From assembly GCA_937128795.1 (NCBI GenBank), contig CAKZMQ010000021.1, positions 30,577-94,576 on the forward strand: a stretch of DNA of 64,000 nt, given 5' to 3'. Position numbers and translations under genes: made by a program. Position 1 is the first letter of the stretch, and every line of letters begins with the position of its first letter. The stretch is from an uncultured Solirubrobacterales bacterium (GTDB taxonomy: Bacteria; Actinomycetota; Thermoleophilia; Solirubrobacterales; JACPNS01). This document shows positions 48,342-57,622 of this stretch, piece after piece. The notes under the pieces are model-generated. The model worked only from the letters and a program-made list of their open reading frames with translations, was not told the origin of the DNA and did no database searches.

Positions 48342-49220
48342 CTACCTGCTGCCGTACACACCCTCGTCGCCGAGCACGTTTTCGACGACGTGCCGAGCCG
48401 GATCAAAATCTAGCCAACGCACATCTTCGGGGAAGCCCTCGATTGCAGCGCGAGGAGCCAACCCGACAAGCTCGGACGATTCGACCGCCGCGCGTTCGCG
48501 CACAAAAGCGACGACCTCGGCCAACGGAACCGCGAAGGGGTCATGGATGTTGCAGGAAACTTGTGCGCGCGCCTGACCGTCGAGCCACAGTCCGATTGCA
48601 CGCACTCCCGGCAGCCCGCCGCCGGATTCGCGCAACTCGGCAGCGATCTGCTTGCTGCGTTCGAGCGATTCAGTCTCGCTCAGTACCAAGTTGAAGGCGA
48701 CCATCGGAGGGCGGGCAGACACCAGCGTCGCGCCGACTTCATGGGATATCGATTTCGGGCCGAAATCAGGCGAATGCTGACCGTCGGCCATGCGTGCAGC
48801 CAAACCGTGGAGCCCGCCTTCGCGCAACTCGGCGCGCTCGCGACCGCCGGCGAGTTCGCCATACAGGAACACCGGCGTCGCACACCGCTCGGCGATTAAA
48901 TGCGCAGTCACCAAAGCCTCGGCGCACGCGGCGCCGCGGTCTTCAGGTCGGAGGTAGACCACCGGTACGACATCGACCGCGCCAACGTGTGGGTGCACAC
49001 CGGAGTTGTGTTCGAGCGAGACGTGTTGGTGGGCGACGAAGGTGCCGTTGGCCAGTTCTGCGGCCAGTCGACCCTGCTCAGATGCGAGCGTGAAGACCGC
49101 ACGATTGTGGTCGACATCGCTGTGAATGTCCAGCACACGAGCTGGCTCAAAGGCCTCACAGATCGCGTCAAGAGTGGCTTTGCTGACGCCTTCGGAGACG
49201 TTTGGCACGGCCATGAGCAT
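48342..49220 (-). CDS. Glutamate formimidoyltransferase (FtcD N-terminal domain family)
   Basis: The N-terminus AVPNVSEG...HSDVDHNRAVFTL...HPHVGAVDVVPVV matches the formiminotransferase pattern (xVPNFSEGR ... D.DHNR). Confidence 0.8.
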   Translation of the reverse strand: MLMAVPNVSEGVSKATLDAICEAFEPARVLDIHSDVDHNRAVFTLASEQGRLAAELANGTFVAHQHVSLEHNSGVHPHVGAVDVVPVVYLRPEDRGAACAEALVTAHLIAERCATPVFLYGELAGGRERAELREGGLHGLAARMADGQHSPDFGPKSISHEVGATLVSARPPMVAFNLVLSETESLERSKQIAAELRESGGGLPGVRAIGLWLDGQARAQVSCNIHDPFAVPLAEVVAFVRERAAVESSELVGLAPRAAIEGFPEDVRWLDFDPARHVVENVLGDEGVYGSR

Positions 49221-49240
49221 TGGTAGGCTTCCGATCTCCC

Positions 49241-49314
49241 GGCGGGGTAGCTCAGTTGGTTAGAGCAGCGGAATCATAATCCGCGTGTCGGGGGTTCGAG
49301 TCCCTCCCCCGCTA
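49241..49314 (+). tRNA. tRNA-Met (anticodon CAT); elongator type. tRNA-Ile2 (lysidine) cannot be excluded from sequence alone
   Basis: Cloverleaf folded by hand. Acceptor GGCGGGG/CCCCGCT (G1-U72 wobble). D arm GCTC-AGTTGGTTA-GAGC. Anticodon stem GCGGA/TCCGC with loop ATCATAA. T arm GGGGG-TTCGAGT-CCCTC. Discriminator A. No encoded CCA. Confidence 0.88.
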
Positions 49315-49455
49315 CTTCCCGCGCCACGTCGCAGCTCGCTTCGCAAGTTCGCCGCACCGCCCGCTCTGGCAGGTTGCGATGCCTCGATGCCTTGCCAGCC
49401 GTGGCTCCTCCCGAGCGCCTCCCCGGACGTTGCCGCCAATACTATACTTTCTGAA

Positions 49456-51225
49456 GTGAGCAATTTTTGGCGACTACTTGGATTCTTGCGACCGTATAAA
49501 ACGGGCGTGATCTGGTCGGTGGTGCTCGCCGCCATCGCGATGGGCATCGGGGCGATGATTCCGCTGCTCGCGGGTTCTGCGGTCGGGCAGGTTCAGGATG
49601 GTGACACGCAGAGCCTGTGGCTGATCGGCGGAGCCGTCGTGGCAGTCGGTCTTGTTCGCGGCGCCCTGTCGGTCGCGCGGCGGCTGCTCAGCGGTCGAGT
49701 TTCGCTTGGCGTCGAACACGACCTGCGCACGAAAATCTATGCACATCTCCAAGGGCTCGAGATCGGGTTCTTTCACGACCAGCAGACCGGCCAACTGATG
49801 TCTCGAGCGACGGTCGATCTGCAGGTAGTGCGTTTCTTCCTCGGATACGGCTTGATCTTCATGATTCAGAGCGCCTTCACGATCGTGATCAGCGGCGCGA
49901 TCATGATCTACCTACAGGCAGACCTCGCGTTGATGGTGCTCGCGACGATGCCATTCATCATCTACTCGGCTGCGCGCTACGGCAAACTCGCCAGGCCAGC
50001 GGTGACCGAGGCTCAGCAACGCCTCGCAGAGCTTTCTGGCGACGTCGAGGAGAACGTGTCGGGAATTCGCGTGATCAAGGCATTCGCGCGCGAGGACGAG
50101 CGCATGGAGCGCTTCGAACATACGAGTACGCGGGTCTTCGACCAGAAGATGTACTCGACGAAGCTTTCGGCGTTCTTCGACCCTTTGCTCGGCTTCATCC
50201 CGTCGCTGGGCTTGGCTGCCGTGCTGATCTACGGCGGAAATCTCGTGATCAACGGCGAAATGTCGCTCGATCACTTCACGTCGTTCTACTTCTTCGTCGG
50301 CATGCTGATCGGCCCGATGAGGATGCTCGGTGGCACGCTCGGCTCCGCGCAGCGCGCAACCGCCGCCGGCGTGAGAATCTTCGAACTACTAGATCGCGAG
50401 CCACGGATCGAGGCCGCCAATGATGCTCAACCGATGCCCGGCGGTGGTGGCGAAGTCGAGTTCACCGACGTCGATTTCGCATTCCCTTCGAGCGACCGCA
50501 AGATCCTTCACGCGGTCAATCTCACTGTCCCCGCTGGGCAGACCGTCGCCGTCGTGGGCGGCACGGGATCAGGGAAAACGACGCTGGTTTCTTTGATCTC
50601 ACGCCTTTACGACGTTGACTCCGGGTCGATCAAGGTGGACGGAGTAGATGTCCGTCAGCTTCAGCCGATCGAGCTGCGCAAGAACATCGCCTTCGTGGCG
50701 GAGGACAGTTTTCTGTTTTCTGCCTCGATCGCAGAGAACATCGCCTACGCGCGTGACGACGTGACCGACGCGCAAATCGCGGCAGCCGCGAGCCGTGCGC
50801 AGATCGCCGACTTCATCGAGACGCTTCCCGACAAGTACGAAACTGTGATCGGCGAGCGCGGCATCACGCTGTCCGGTGGTCAGCGACAGCGCGTCGCGAT
50901 CGCGCGTGCATTGGTTGCCGATCCGCGAATTCTCGTGCTCGACGACGCGACCTCGTCGGTCGACGCCCGCACCGAGGGCGAAATAAAGACCGCCCTCGCA
51001 GAGGTGATGCGGGGCCGGACAACCTTCGTGATCGCCCATCGCCTGTCGACGATCTCGCTCGCCGACAGCATCGTGGTGCTGGATGGCGGGACGATCACCG
51101 CCCACGGCACACACGAGGAATTGCTGCAGCGCAGCGAAACCTATAAGGCGCTCGCCACCAAGGGCATGCCGGAAAGCGTCTTTCTCACCCGTAAGGACCC
51201 GACCGCAGAACTCGCGGGCCTGTGA
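49456..51225 (+). CDS. ABC transporter permease/ATP-binding protein (type I exporter half-transporter)
   Basis: ORF 49285..51225 overlaps the tRNA, so the start is placed at the GTG at 49456 (VSNFWRLLGFLRPYK, a typical exporter N-terminus); the Met at 49387 is an alternative. Six TM segments, Walker A GGTGSGKTT, signature LSGGQRQR and Walker B ILVLDDATS. Confidence 0.88.
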   Translation: MSNFWRLLGFLRPYKTGVIWSVVLAAIAMGIGAMIPLLAGSAVGQVQDGDTQSLWLIGGAVVAVGLVRGALSVARRLLSGRVSLGVEHDLRTKIYAHLQGLEIGFFHDQQTGQLMSRATVDLQVVRFFLGYGLIFMIQSAFTIVISGAIMIYLQADLALMVLATMPFIIYSAARYGKLARPAVTEAQQRLAELSGDVEENVSGIRVIKAFAREDERMERFEHTSTRVFDQKMYSTKLSAFFDPLLGFIPSLGLAAVLIYGGNLVINGEMSLDHFTSFYFFVGMLIGPMRMLGGTLGSAQRATAAGVRIFELLDREPRIEAANDAQPMPGGGGEVEFTDVDFAFPSSDRKILHAVNLTVPAGQTVAVVGGTGSGKTTLVSLISRLYDVDSGSIKVDGVDVRQLQPIELRKNIAFVAEDSFLFSASIAENIAYARDDVTDAQIAAAASRAQIADFIETLPDKYETVIGERGITLSGGQRQRVAIARALVADPRILVLDDATSSVDARTEGEIKTALAEVMRGRTTFVIAHRLSTISLADSIVVLDGGTITAHGTHEELLQRSETYKALATKGMPESVFLTRKDPTAELAGL

Positions 51226-53033
51226 TGAAACGCCATTACGACACCTTCATGTCGACCTGGGCGCGACTGCGAGGCGAGCAGACTCGTAGCCGTCGCTTGC
51301 GCGAGCTGCTCGCGCTGCTGCGGCCGTACAAGTGGCGGGTGATCCTGATGTTCGTCGCGATGACAATCGCAATCGCGGCCGGGCTTGCTCCCCCCTATCT
51401 TGCAAAAATCGCGATCGACAGCGGGATCCTTGAAGGCGATGCTCGCACTCTGACGCTGGTGGTCGTGCTCTATCTCGTCAGCGCAGTAACGCTTTGGATT
51501 GCGACCTACGTACAGACATACATGACCGGTTGGGTCGGCCAGCGAGCGTTGCTTGACCTGCGGATCACATTGTTCGACCACCTGCAAAAGCAGTCGTCTG
51601 GCTTCTACTCGAAGCGAAAAACCGGCGTGCTCGTGTCGCGCTTGACCAATGACGTCGAGGCACTCGATCAACTGGTTACGAACGGCGCGATGACGCTCTT
51701 CCAATCCGTCGTGACGCTTGCCGCGATGGTCGCGATCATGCTCAGCCAAAGTGTGCCGCTCGCGCTCGTTTGCTTCGCCGTATTTCCGTTCGTCGCCTTC
51801 GCGAGCTTCATTTTTCGCGTGGTCTCGACCGACGTTTATCGGACCACCCGCGAACGGATTGCGCAGGTCACGTCCTATCTGCAGGAGACGATTTCCGGCG
51901 TCGCGGTCGTTCGTTCGTACGGGCGAGAAGACCGCCACGTCGGCGAATTCGAAGAGTTGTCTGCCAACAACCGCGACGCGAATATGAAGTCGGTGGTGCT
52001 CAACGCGGCTTACTTCCCGGCCGTCGAGTTCATGTCTGCCGTCTCGATGGCAGTGATCCTGCTGTTCGGCGGCTACCAGGTGATCGAGGGCAACATCGAG
52101 ATCGGTGTGCTGGTTTTGTTCGCCGGATACATGCAGAACTTCTTCGATCCGATCCAGCAGCTGTCACAGCTTTACACCACTTACCAAGCCGGTATGGCGG
52201 CCCTCGACAAGATCTTCGACCTACTCGCCGAGGAACCCGATGTCGTTGACCGGCCCGGAGCCGCCGAGCTCGATCAGATTCGCGGCGAGATCGTTTTCGA
52301 CGGGGTCGGATTCAGTTACGACGAATCGACGACCGACGCTGCGTCGACGTGGGCGTTGAAAGACATCGACCTGACGGTTGCGCCGGGTGAGACGATCGCG
52401 CTCGTCGGAGCGACGGGAGCCGGTAAATCCACGTTCGCGAAGTTGATTCCTCGTTTCTATGATCCGCAGCGCGGACGAGTCCTTGTCGACGGACATGACC
52501 TTCGCGATGTTCAGGCGCGATCACTGCGGCAACAGATCGGCTACGTGCCCCAGGAGGGCTACCTGTTCTCGGGCAGCGTGGCCGAGAACATCGCCTTTGG
52601 CAGACCCGACGCCACACGCGCGCAGATCGAAGCGGCCGCCGACGCCGTTGGTGCGCGCGAAGTGGTAGCCGCCCTACCCAATGGATTCGACACGATCGTC
52701 GGCGAGCGCGGCAGTCACCTTTCTGCCGGTCAGCGGCAACTTGTCGCGTTCGCTCGCGCGTTGATCGCGCAACCGCGACTGTTGATCCTCGACGAGGCGA
52801 CGGCAAGCGTCGACGTACACACCGAGCTGCGTATCGAAGACGGTCTACGCAGACTGCTGTCGGGGCGCACAGCGGTGGTGATCGCACACCGGCTGTCGAC
52901 GATCGTCAATGCGTCGCGGATCGCCGTGCTTGAAGGCGGCCGAATCGTGGAGATTGGCAGTCACGAGGAGCTGATCGCCGCTGGCGGGCACTACGCCGAG
53001 TTGTACGGCAGCTGGGAAAAACAGGTTGCCTAA
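51222..53033 (+). CDS. ABC transporter permease/ATP-binding protein (partner half-transporter)
   Basis: 603 aa. Its start overlaps the upstream stop by 4 nt. Walker A GATGAGKST, signature LSAGQRQL and Walker B LLILDEATA. This is probably a heterodimeric exporter. Confidence 0.9.
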   Translation: MMKRHYDTFMSTWARLRGEQTRSRRLRELLALLRPYKWRVILMFVAMTIAIAAGLAPPYLAKIAIDSGILEGDARTLTLVVVLYLVSAVTLWIATYVQTYMTGWVGQRALLDLRITLFDHLQKQSSGFYSKRKTGVLVSRLTNDVEALDQLVTNGAMTLFQSVVTLAAMVAIMLSQSVPLALVCFAVFPFVAFASFIFRVVSTDVYRTTRERIAQVTSYLQETISGVAVVRSYGREDRHVGEFEELSANNRDANMKSVVLNAAYFPAVEFMSAVSMAVILLFGGYQVIEGNIEIGVLVLFAGYMQNFFDPIQQLSQLYTTYQAGMAALDKIFDLLAEEPDVVDRPGAAELDQIRGEIVFDGVGFSYDESTTDAASTWALKDIDLTVAPGETIALVGATGAGKSTFAKLIPRFYDPQRGRVLVDGHDLRDVQARSLRQQIGYVPQEGYLFSGSVAENIAFGRPDATRAQIEAAADAVGAREVVAALPNGFDTIVGERGSHLSAGQRQLVAFARALIAQPRLLILDEATASVDVHTELRIEDGLRRLLSGRTAVVIAHRLSTIVNASRIAVLEGGRIVEIGSHEELIAAGGHYAELYGSWEKQVA

Positions 53034-54958
53034 GCGGCGCTCTGGTGATCGGTCCCACTCTGTGGCTTGTCGAACGGGTAGAACTCGGCGCCGGTGGCTT
53101 GCGCGAACTGCGGTGCACCGCTGTTCGCCTCGCCGATCACGACCATCGTGACGCCGTCCCGGCGGAGCTCCTTCGCAGCGAACCGCGCCTCGGAAAGCGC
53201 GTCGCCGGACCTCGCGACATTGGCGTAGCCGTCTGTGACCAGAGCGACGATCGGACGCAGATCCGGATTTCGACGCAGCTCGCGCAAGGCCGTTTCGTGC
53301 GCGACGCGGATACCTTCGGCGAGTGGTGTGGTGCCGCCCGGCTCGATCGTGTCGAGACCCGCCAGCACCGCTGCATGATTGCGCGAAGGCGGAGCGACCA
53401 GTCGTGCGTCCCGTCCGCGGAAGACGATCAGTCCGACGCGATCGCGGCGACGCCGCGCATCCGAAGCCAAACCCCCGAGCAGGGCGCGGAGCTCACCGTC
53501 TCGCCCGTTCGCCAGCACCGAGCTGCTCGCGTCGACGACGCAGAGGACGAGATTCGCCTCGCGACCGCTGCGGACGCGATCACGCAGGTCACCGGCGAGA
53601 ATGTCGCCGGGTTTCGCGTGGATCGGATCGGAATCGTCGATCGCGCCGAGCGAGGGTTGGTCGACCGACCCGTTGAAGAGCCTTCGCGTGACCGCGGCGC
53701 GCGCGGTCGCGATGACATCGAGATCCGCAGGATTGGGACTTGGTTTGGCGTCCACCGCCGGTCGATCTCCGTCGGTGGCCCGAAGGCCGCGACCAAGCTT
53801 GCCCGACATCTGCTCGCGATCTGTCGCAGCGAGGTCGTCTGCGAATCCGGCCACACCGTCAGAGTGTTCTGCCGAACCCGGTGAACGGTCGGCGAGGTTA
53901 TTTCTCTGGGCCGCGTTGTCGCCACTTGTGTCTAGTCGGTACGTCGCTCCGGCGGTGGTGCGCGGCCGCGAGACTGATTCACGCGCCGTCTCGCCGTCGC
54001 TCTCTGATCCAGACAGTGCGCGGCGGATTTCCGCAGCACCGATCCATTCGTCGCCGAGTGACGTAGCGGCGCGGTGAGGAAGAGCGAGCATGGCGGCAGT
54101 CTCAACGTCGCGGTCGATCACGCGCTCTCGTTGATCCAGCGCTGCCAACGCGCGGGCGGTTCGCGCGGTCGCGAGATCGGCGCGTACTCCCTCCACGCGC
54201 AATCGATGGCACGCGGTGGCGATCAGATCGAGGCAATCTGACGAAAGTTCGACGTTGGCGAGGCCGGCGCGGGCGCGCTCGACGATCTCCCGCAGCGCCG
54301 TCTCGGTCGGCGCGAACCTTGCCGCGAACGCGGCGCGATCGCGCTCGAACTCAATGCGTCTGCCGACGATTTCAGTTCGCTGGTCGATCGACTGGGCGGT
54401 TTCGATGCGCACTGCAAGGCCGAAACGATCCAACAATTGCGGGCGTAGCGAGCCCTCCTCGGGATTCATCGTTCCGACCAGGACAAAGCGAGCGGGCGCA
54501 GTGGCGCTGATGCCTTCGCGCTCGGTCCTGGCCACGCCGAAGGCGGCCGCGTCGAGGACGACGTCAACGAGATGGTCGCCGAGCAGGTTGACCTCATCGA
54601 CGTAGAGCACGCCCCTGTCGGCCTCGGCGAGTAGCCCGCGGCTGACGTGCGCGCCTTCACCGGCCAGCAATTTTCCGGTGTCGATCGAGCCGGTCAGGCG
54701 GTCGAGCGAAGCTCCGAGCGGTAGCTCGACGAAAGTGGCATTCGACAGCTCAACGGCCGGAAGAACGTTCGCAAAAGCGCGGGCGAGCGTGGATTTTGCG
54801 GTACCGCGCTCGCCCGATGCGAGCACGCCACCGATCGCCGGGTCGACGGCGTTCGCGAGCAGGGCGAGCTTGTAGTCATCCTGCCCCACGACCGCTGAAA
54901 AGGGGAATTCGGCTTCTGCACAAGAAACTTGTGCGCCACGCTTTGCCGTCGCACTCAT
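53030..54958 (-). CDS. Mg-chelatase-like AAA+ ATPase (ChlI/BchI type) fused to a C-terminal vWA domain (ChlD/BchD type)
   Basis: N-terminus FPFSAVVGQDDYKLALLANAVDPAIGGVLASGERGTAKSTLARAF, then YVDEVNLL, then an acidic/low-complexity linker. The C-terminal vWA reads LVLCVVDASSSVLANGR...LIVFRGRDARLV...GGTPLAEG. Confidence 0.82.
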   Translation of the reverse strand: MSATAKRGAQVSCAEAEFPFSAVVGQDDYKLALLANAVDPAIGGVLASGERGTAKSTLARAFANVLPAVELSNATFVELPLGASLDRLTGSIDTGKLLAGEGAHVSRGLLAEADRGVLYVDEVNLLGDHLVDVVLDAAAFGVARTEREGISATAPARFVLVGTMNPEEGSLRPQLLDRFGLAVRIETAQSIDQRTEIVGRRIEFERDRAAFAARFAPTETALREIVERARAGLANVELSSDCLDLIATACHRLRVEGVRADLATARTARALAALDQRERVIDRDVETAAMLALPHRAATSLGDEWIGAAEIRRALSGSESDGETARESVSRPRTTAGATYRLDTSGDNAAQRNNLADRSPGSAEHSDGVAGFADDLAATDREQMSGKLGRGLRATDGDRPAVDAKPSPNPADLDVIATARAAVTRRLFNGSVDQPSLGAIDDSDPIHAKPGDILAGDLRDRVRSGREANLVLCVVDASSSVLANGRDGELRALLGGLASDARRRRDRVGLIVFRGRDARLVAPPSRNHAAVLAGLDTIEPGGTTPLAEGIRVAHETALRELRRNPDLRPIVALVTDGYANVARSGDALSEARFAAKELRRDGVTMVVIGEANSGAPQFAQATGAEFYPFDKPQSGTDHQSAA

Positions 54959-55069
54959 CGAACGTCAGGATGCCGCAGCAACCGGATGGAGGAATCGCCA
55001 CAAGCCCGCTTACAAAGCGGGTTTGTGGGGCATTTGCAGGGCATTGCGTTGGTGACACCCTGCGAAAAA

Positions 55070-55140
55070 CTGGGGGACAGGGGCTCGAACCCCGACTTCT
55101 CGGACCAGAACCGAGCGTCCTACCATTAGACGATCCCCCA
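55070..55140 (-). tRNA. tRNA-Gln (anticodon CTG)
   Basis: The reverse complement reads TGGGGGATCGTCTAATGGTAGGACGCTCGGTTCTGGTCCGAGAAGTCGGGGTTCGAGCCCCTGTCCCCCAG. Acceptor TGGGGGA/TCCCCCA (U1-A72 as in tRNA-Gln). Anticodon stem CTCGG/CCGAG with loop TTCTGGT. T loop TTCGAGC. Discriminator G. Confidence 0.9.
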
Positions 55141-55285
55141 AGGGATACAGCGTTTGCCGTCTGCACGCGACAAATCGTCGCCCGACCGGCAGCTGCGGCT
55201 CAATAGGATAACGCGCGCCGAATGAGCTTTTTCTCGCTGATCTCGAGACGCGCCGACCTAAAAATCATCGGAGGTCGGCCGCCGG

Positions 55286-57472
55286 CTATCGCCGGATCAG
55301 GACCTTGATTGATCTCGCTCCGGCACCGGCGCGATCTGAATCCCCGGACCAGCGGGCTATAAAGATGGTTGGTCTGCTCACCCGCCACGACGTGGTGAAC
55401 GATCCGCTCGGCGAGACTGGTCTCTCCTGGGATGTCCAGCCGGTTCCGCGCTTCGAGCCGAGTGCGCGGGCAAGTACCGTCACGCGCTCGCCACCGATCG
55501 CTGGAGTCAGTTTGCCGGTGACCTTGATCACTGTCCGCTTGCGTACGCGCCTGGACGACGATTTGATCGAAAGTTTCGAGGGCGTGCCCAACGACCCGCC
55601 CGTGGTCGTATTGAAAATTCTGTTCGTACCACCGACCAGCAGGATCGCTGACTTTCCGGTCGGCGCGGCCACCAGTGTTGGCGAGGTCGAGTTGGCCTCG
55701 TAGAACGGATACTGACGCGACCAGCTACTGCCGGCGTTCGTAGTTACAAGCACGCGGCCATCCGAGCTTGTGAGATATCCGTTCTTGCGATTGCCGAACG
55801 CCATCGACGTGACTTTCCCGGCACCGGTCGTTTCGATTCGTTTCCACTTCTTTCCAGATGTGCGCGTGAACCAAAGCTCATTCCGTGTGTCCAGTAGGTA
55901 TCCCGTTCGGGCCGAGAGCATGTCGAGCCTTCGAATTGACCGCACCGCCCTCGGAACCTTCACGCGTTTCCACTTTCTACCGCGACTACTTGATGTTGCG
56001 ACGGATCGCGAGCCGTAGACGAACAGGCTTTTGCCAGCAACATCGATACGACGAAAACTCAGGCGTCGGAATTTACGATCTCCGACTGCCGTGAAACGTT
56101 CGGCGCCATTTGTTGAGCGACGCACTCCCCTAGGCCCGACAAGAAGGACTGTCGATTCGTCGACCGCATGCATGGCTTTCGGTCGTGCCTTCGACCCGGA
56201 GCTGAAAAACCGCCAGCTGCTGCCGTCGTTGTCGGTGCGGAGCACGGTGCCGAGACTGTCGAGCACGTAGCCACGCGAGTCACCGACAAACGCGGCATCG
56301 AGCACGTCGGCCGTCGTCGAGACGTTTACCGGCCGCCAGGAGCGGCCACCGTCGGCGGAGCGGGCGAGCGCTGCGTTCTTGCCGGTGGCCACTGCGTTGT
56401 TAGCGTTCGCCGCGGAAACGTCGTTGAACTCCCCCGCCACTCCGCCGTTGATATGGGCCCAAGACGCGCCGAAGTTGTCGGTGGCCACGATCGCGCCGGA
56501 TTCGCCGACCGCGATGCCGCGTGTTGCGTTGACAAGACCGACTCCCGCCAATTTGACGGGCGATGCGGTCACAGAAGTCCAGAAGTGACCGCCGGTGTTT
56601 GTGGTGACGATGCGCTGGTTGTCGGCGGTTGCCCCGAGGCAGTTCATCGCAGTGGCGCAACTTAGAGCGCGAAAAGTCTCGCCCGGGGGCACCATCGAGT
56701 AGATGATCGTCCAGTTTGCGCCGCCATTGCTGGTGGTAATCGTCGCTCCACCGTCACCGACGGCAAGGCCCTGTGTGGGCGAGACGAATTCGAACGCGTT
56801 GATCGGGAGGGTGGCGTCGACAACAGGCGTCCAACTATTCGCCGAGTCGGCCGTTCGAAAAACTTTTGAGCCGACTGAGATCACACCCTCGCTGGCGCTG
56901 GTGAACCAGATGTCTCCGACGCTGGCTGGACCGCTAGCCGCGTCCGATCCGGGAGCCGAGGTTTTCCTGGCCCATGTCTCGCCGCCATCAGAAGTGGCGA
57001 AAATCTCGCCGTTCTTGAGCATCAAGTAGCCAACGATCCCGGTCGGAAAGTAAAACGCTGCGATCTCTGAACCGCAGCTGTCGTCGCTCGGACCCCACGC
57101 GAGCCTGCGAACGGTGTTGCCCCCGTCATCGGAGCGGCGCAACGCGCAGCGCCCCGAGAAAACGATCGAATCGGGCGTAATCGCGCGGATCGACTTGATG
57201 CCGTCCAGTAGACCCGTACGAACTCCGGTCCAGTTGAAACCCGCGTCATCGGAACGAATCAACGTTCCATTTGCACCTCCCGCGTAGATGCGGCCATCGA
57301 CCGTCTCGACCGTGGTCAATGAGTTCCCCTGTGGAAACGGACTCGACCACTCCCAGCCCGTGTTTCCGGCCGTGACCGCCGAGGCCGAGGTGGCAGCAGC
57401 CAGCATTGCAGCGGCCGCGAGCGACGCGAGGACGAATGACCTGAGGAGGGGACGAAATCTGTCGATCTTCAT
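55286..57472 (-). CDS. Secreted BNR/Ycf48-like beta-propeller repeat protein with a C-terminal Ig-like/beta-sandwich domain
   Basis: ORF 55286..57535. The start is set at MKIDRFRPLLRSFVLASLAAAAMLAAATSASA (signal peptide). There are about 10 BNR-type S/T-x-D-x-G-x-x-W repeats (SDDAGFNWTGV, SDGGETWARK, TSNGGANWTI, TDNFGASWAHI, SADGGRSWRPV, TDNDGSSWRFF, TNAGSSWSRQ). Confidence 0.8.
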   Translation of the reverse strand: MKIDRFRPLLRSFVLASLAAAAMLAAATSASAVTAGNTGWEWSSPFPQGNSLTTVETVDGRIYAGGANGTLIRSDDAGFNWTGVRTGLLDGIKSIRAITPDSIVFSGRCALRRSDDGGNTVRRLAWGPSDDSCGSEIAAFYFPTGIVGYLMLKNGEIFATSDGGETWARKTSAPGSDAASGPASVGDIWFTSASEGVISVGSKVFRTADSANSWTPVVDATLPINAFEFVSPTQGLAVGDGGATITTSNGGANWTIIYSMVPPGETFRALSCATAMNCLGATADNQRIVTTNTGGHFWTSVTASPVKLAGVGLVNATRGIAVGESGAIVATDNFGASWAHINGGVAGEFNDVSAANANNAVATGKNAALARSADGGRSWRPVNVSTTADVLDAAFVGDSRGYVLDSLGTVLRTDNDGSSWRFFSSGSKARPKAMHAVDESTVLLVGPRGVRRSTNGAERFTAVGDRKFRRLSFRRIDVAGKSLFVYGSRSVATSSSRGRKWKRVKVPRAVRSIRRLDMLSARTGYLLDTRNELWFTRTSGKKWKRIETTGAGKVTSMAFGNRKNGYLTSSDGRVLVTTNAGSSWSRQYPFYEANSTSPTLVAAPTGKSAILLVGGTNRIFNTTTGGSLGTPSKLSIKSSSRRVRKRTVIKVTGKLTPAIGGERVTVLARALGSKRGTGWTSQERPVSPSGSFTTSWRVSRPTIFIARWSGDSDRAGAGARSIKVLIRR

Positions 57473-57622
57473 GAAAACTTCCTTTACAGGCATTCGATTC
57501 GGAGCGGGACGGCGCGTTTGCTCTGCGTCATCCAAACACTGATCTGTGACACGAGTTGCGCGATCTGTGGCAAGTTTTGGGTACAGATTGAAGATCGCGT
57601 CGGCGGGTCGACCGGTCGGCCC

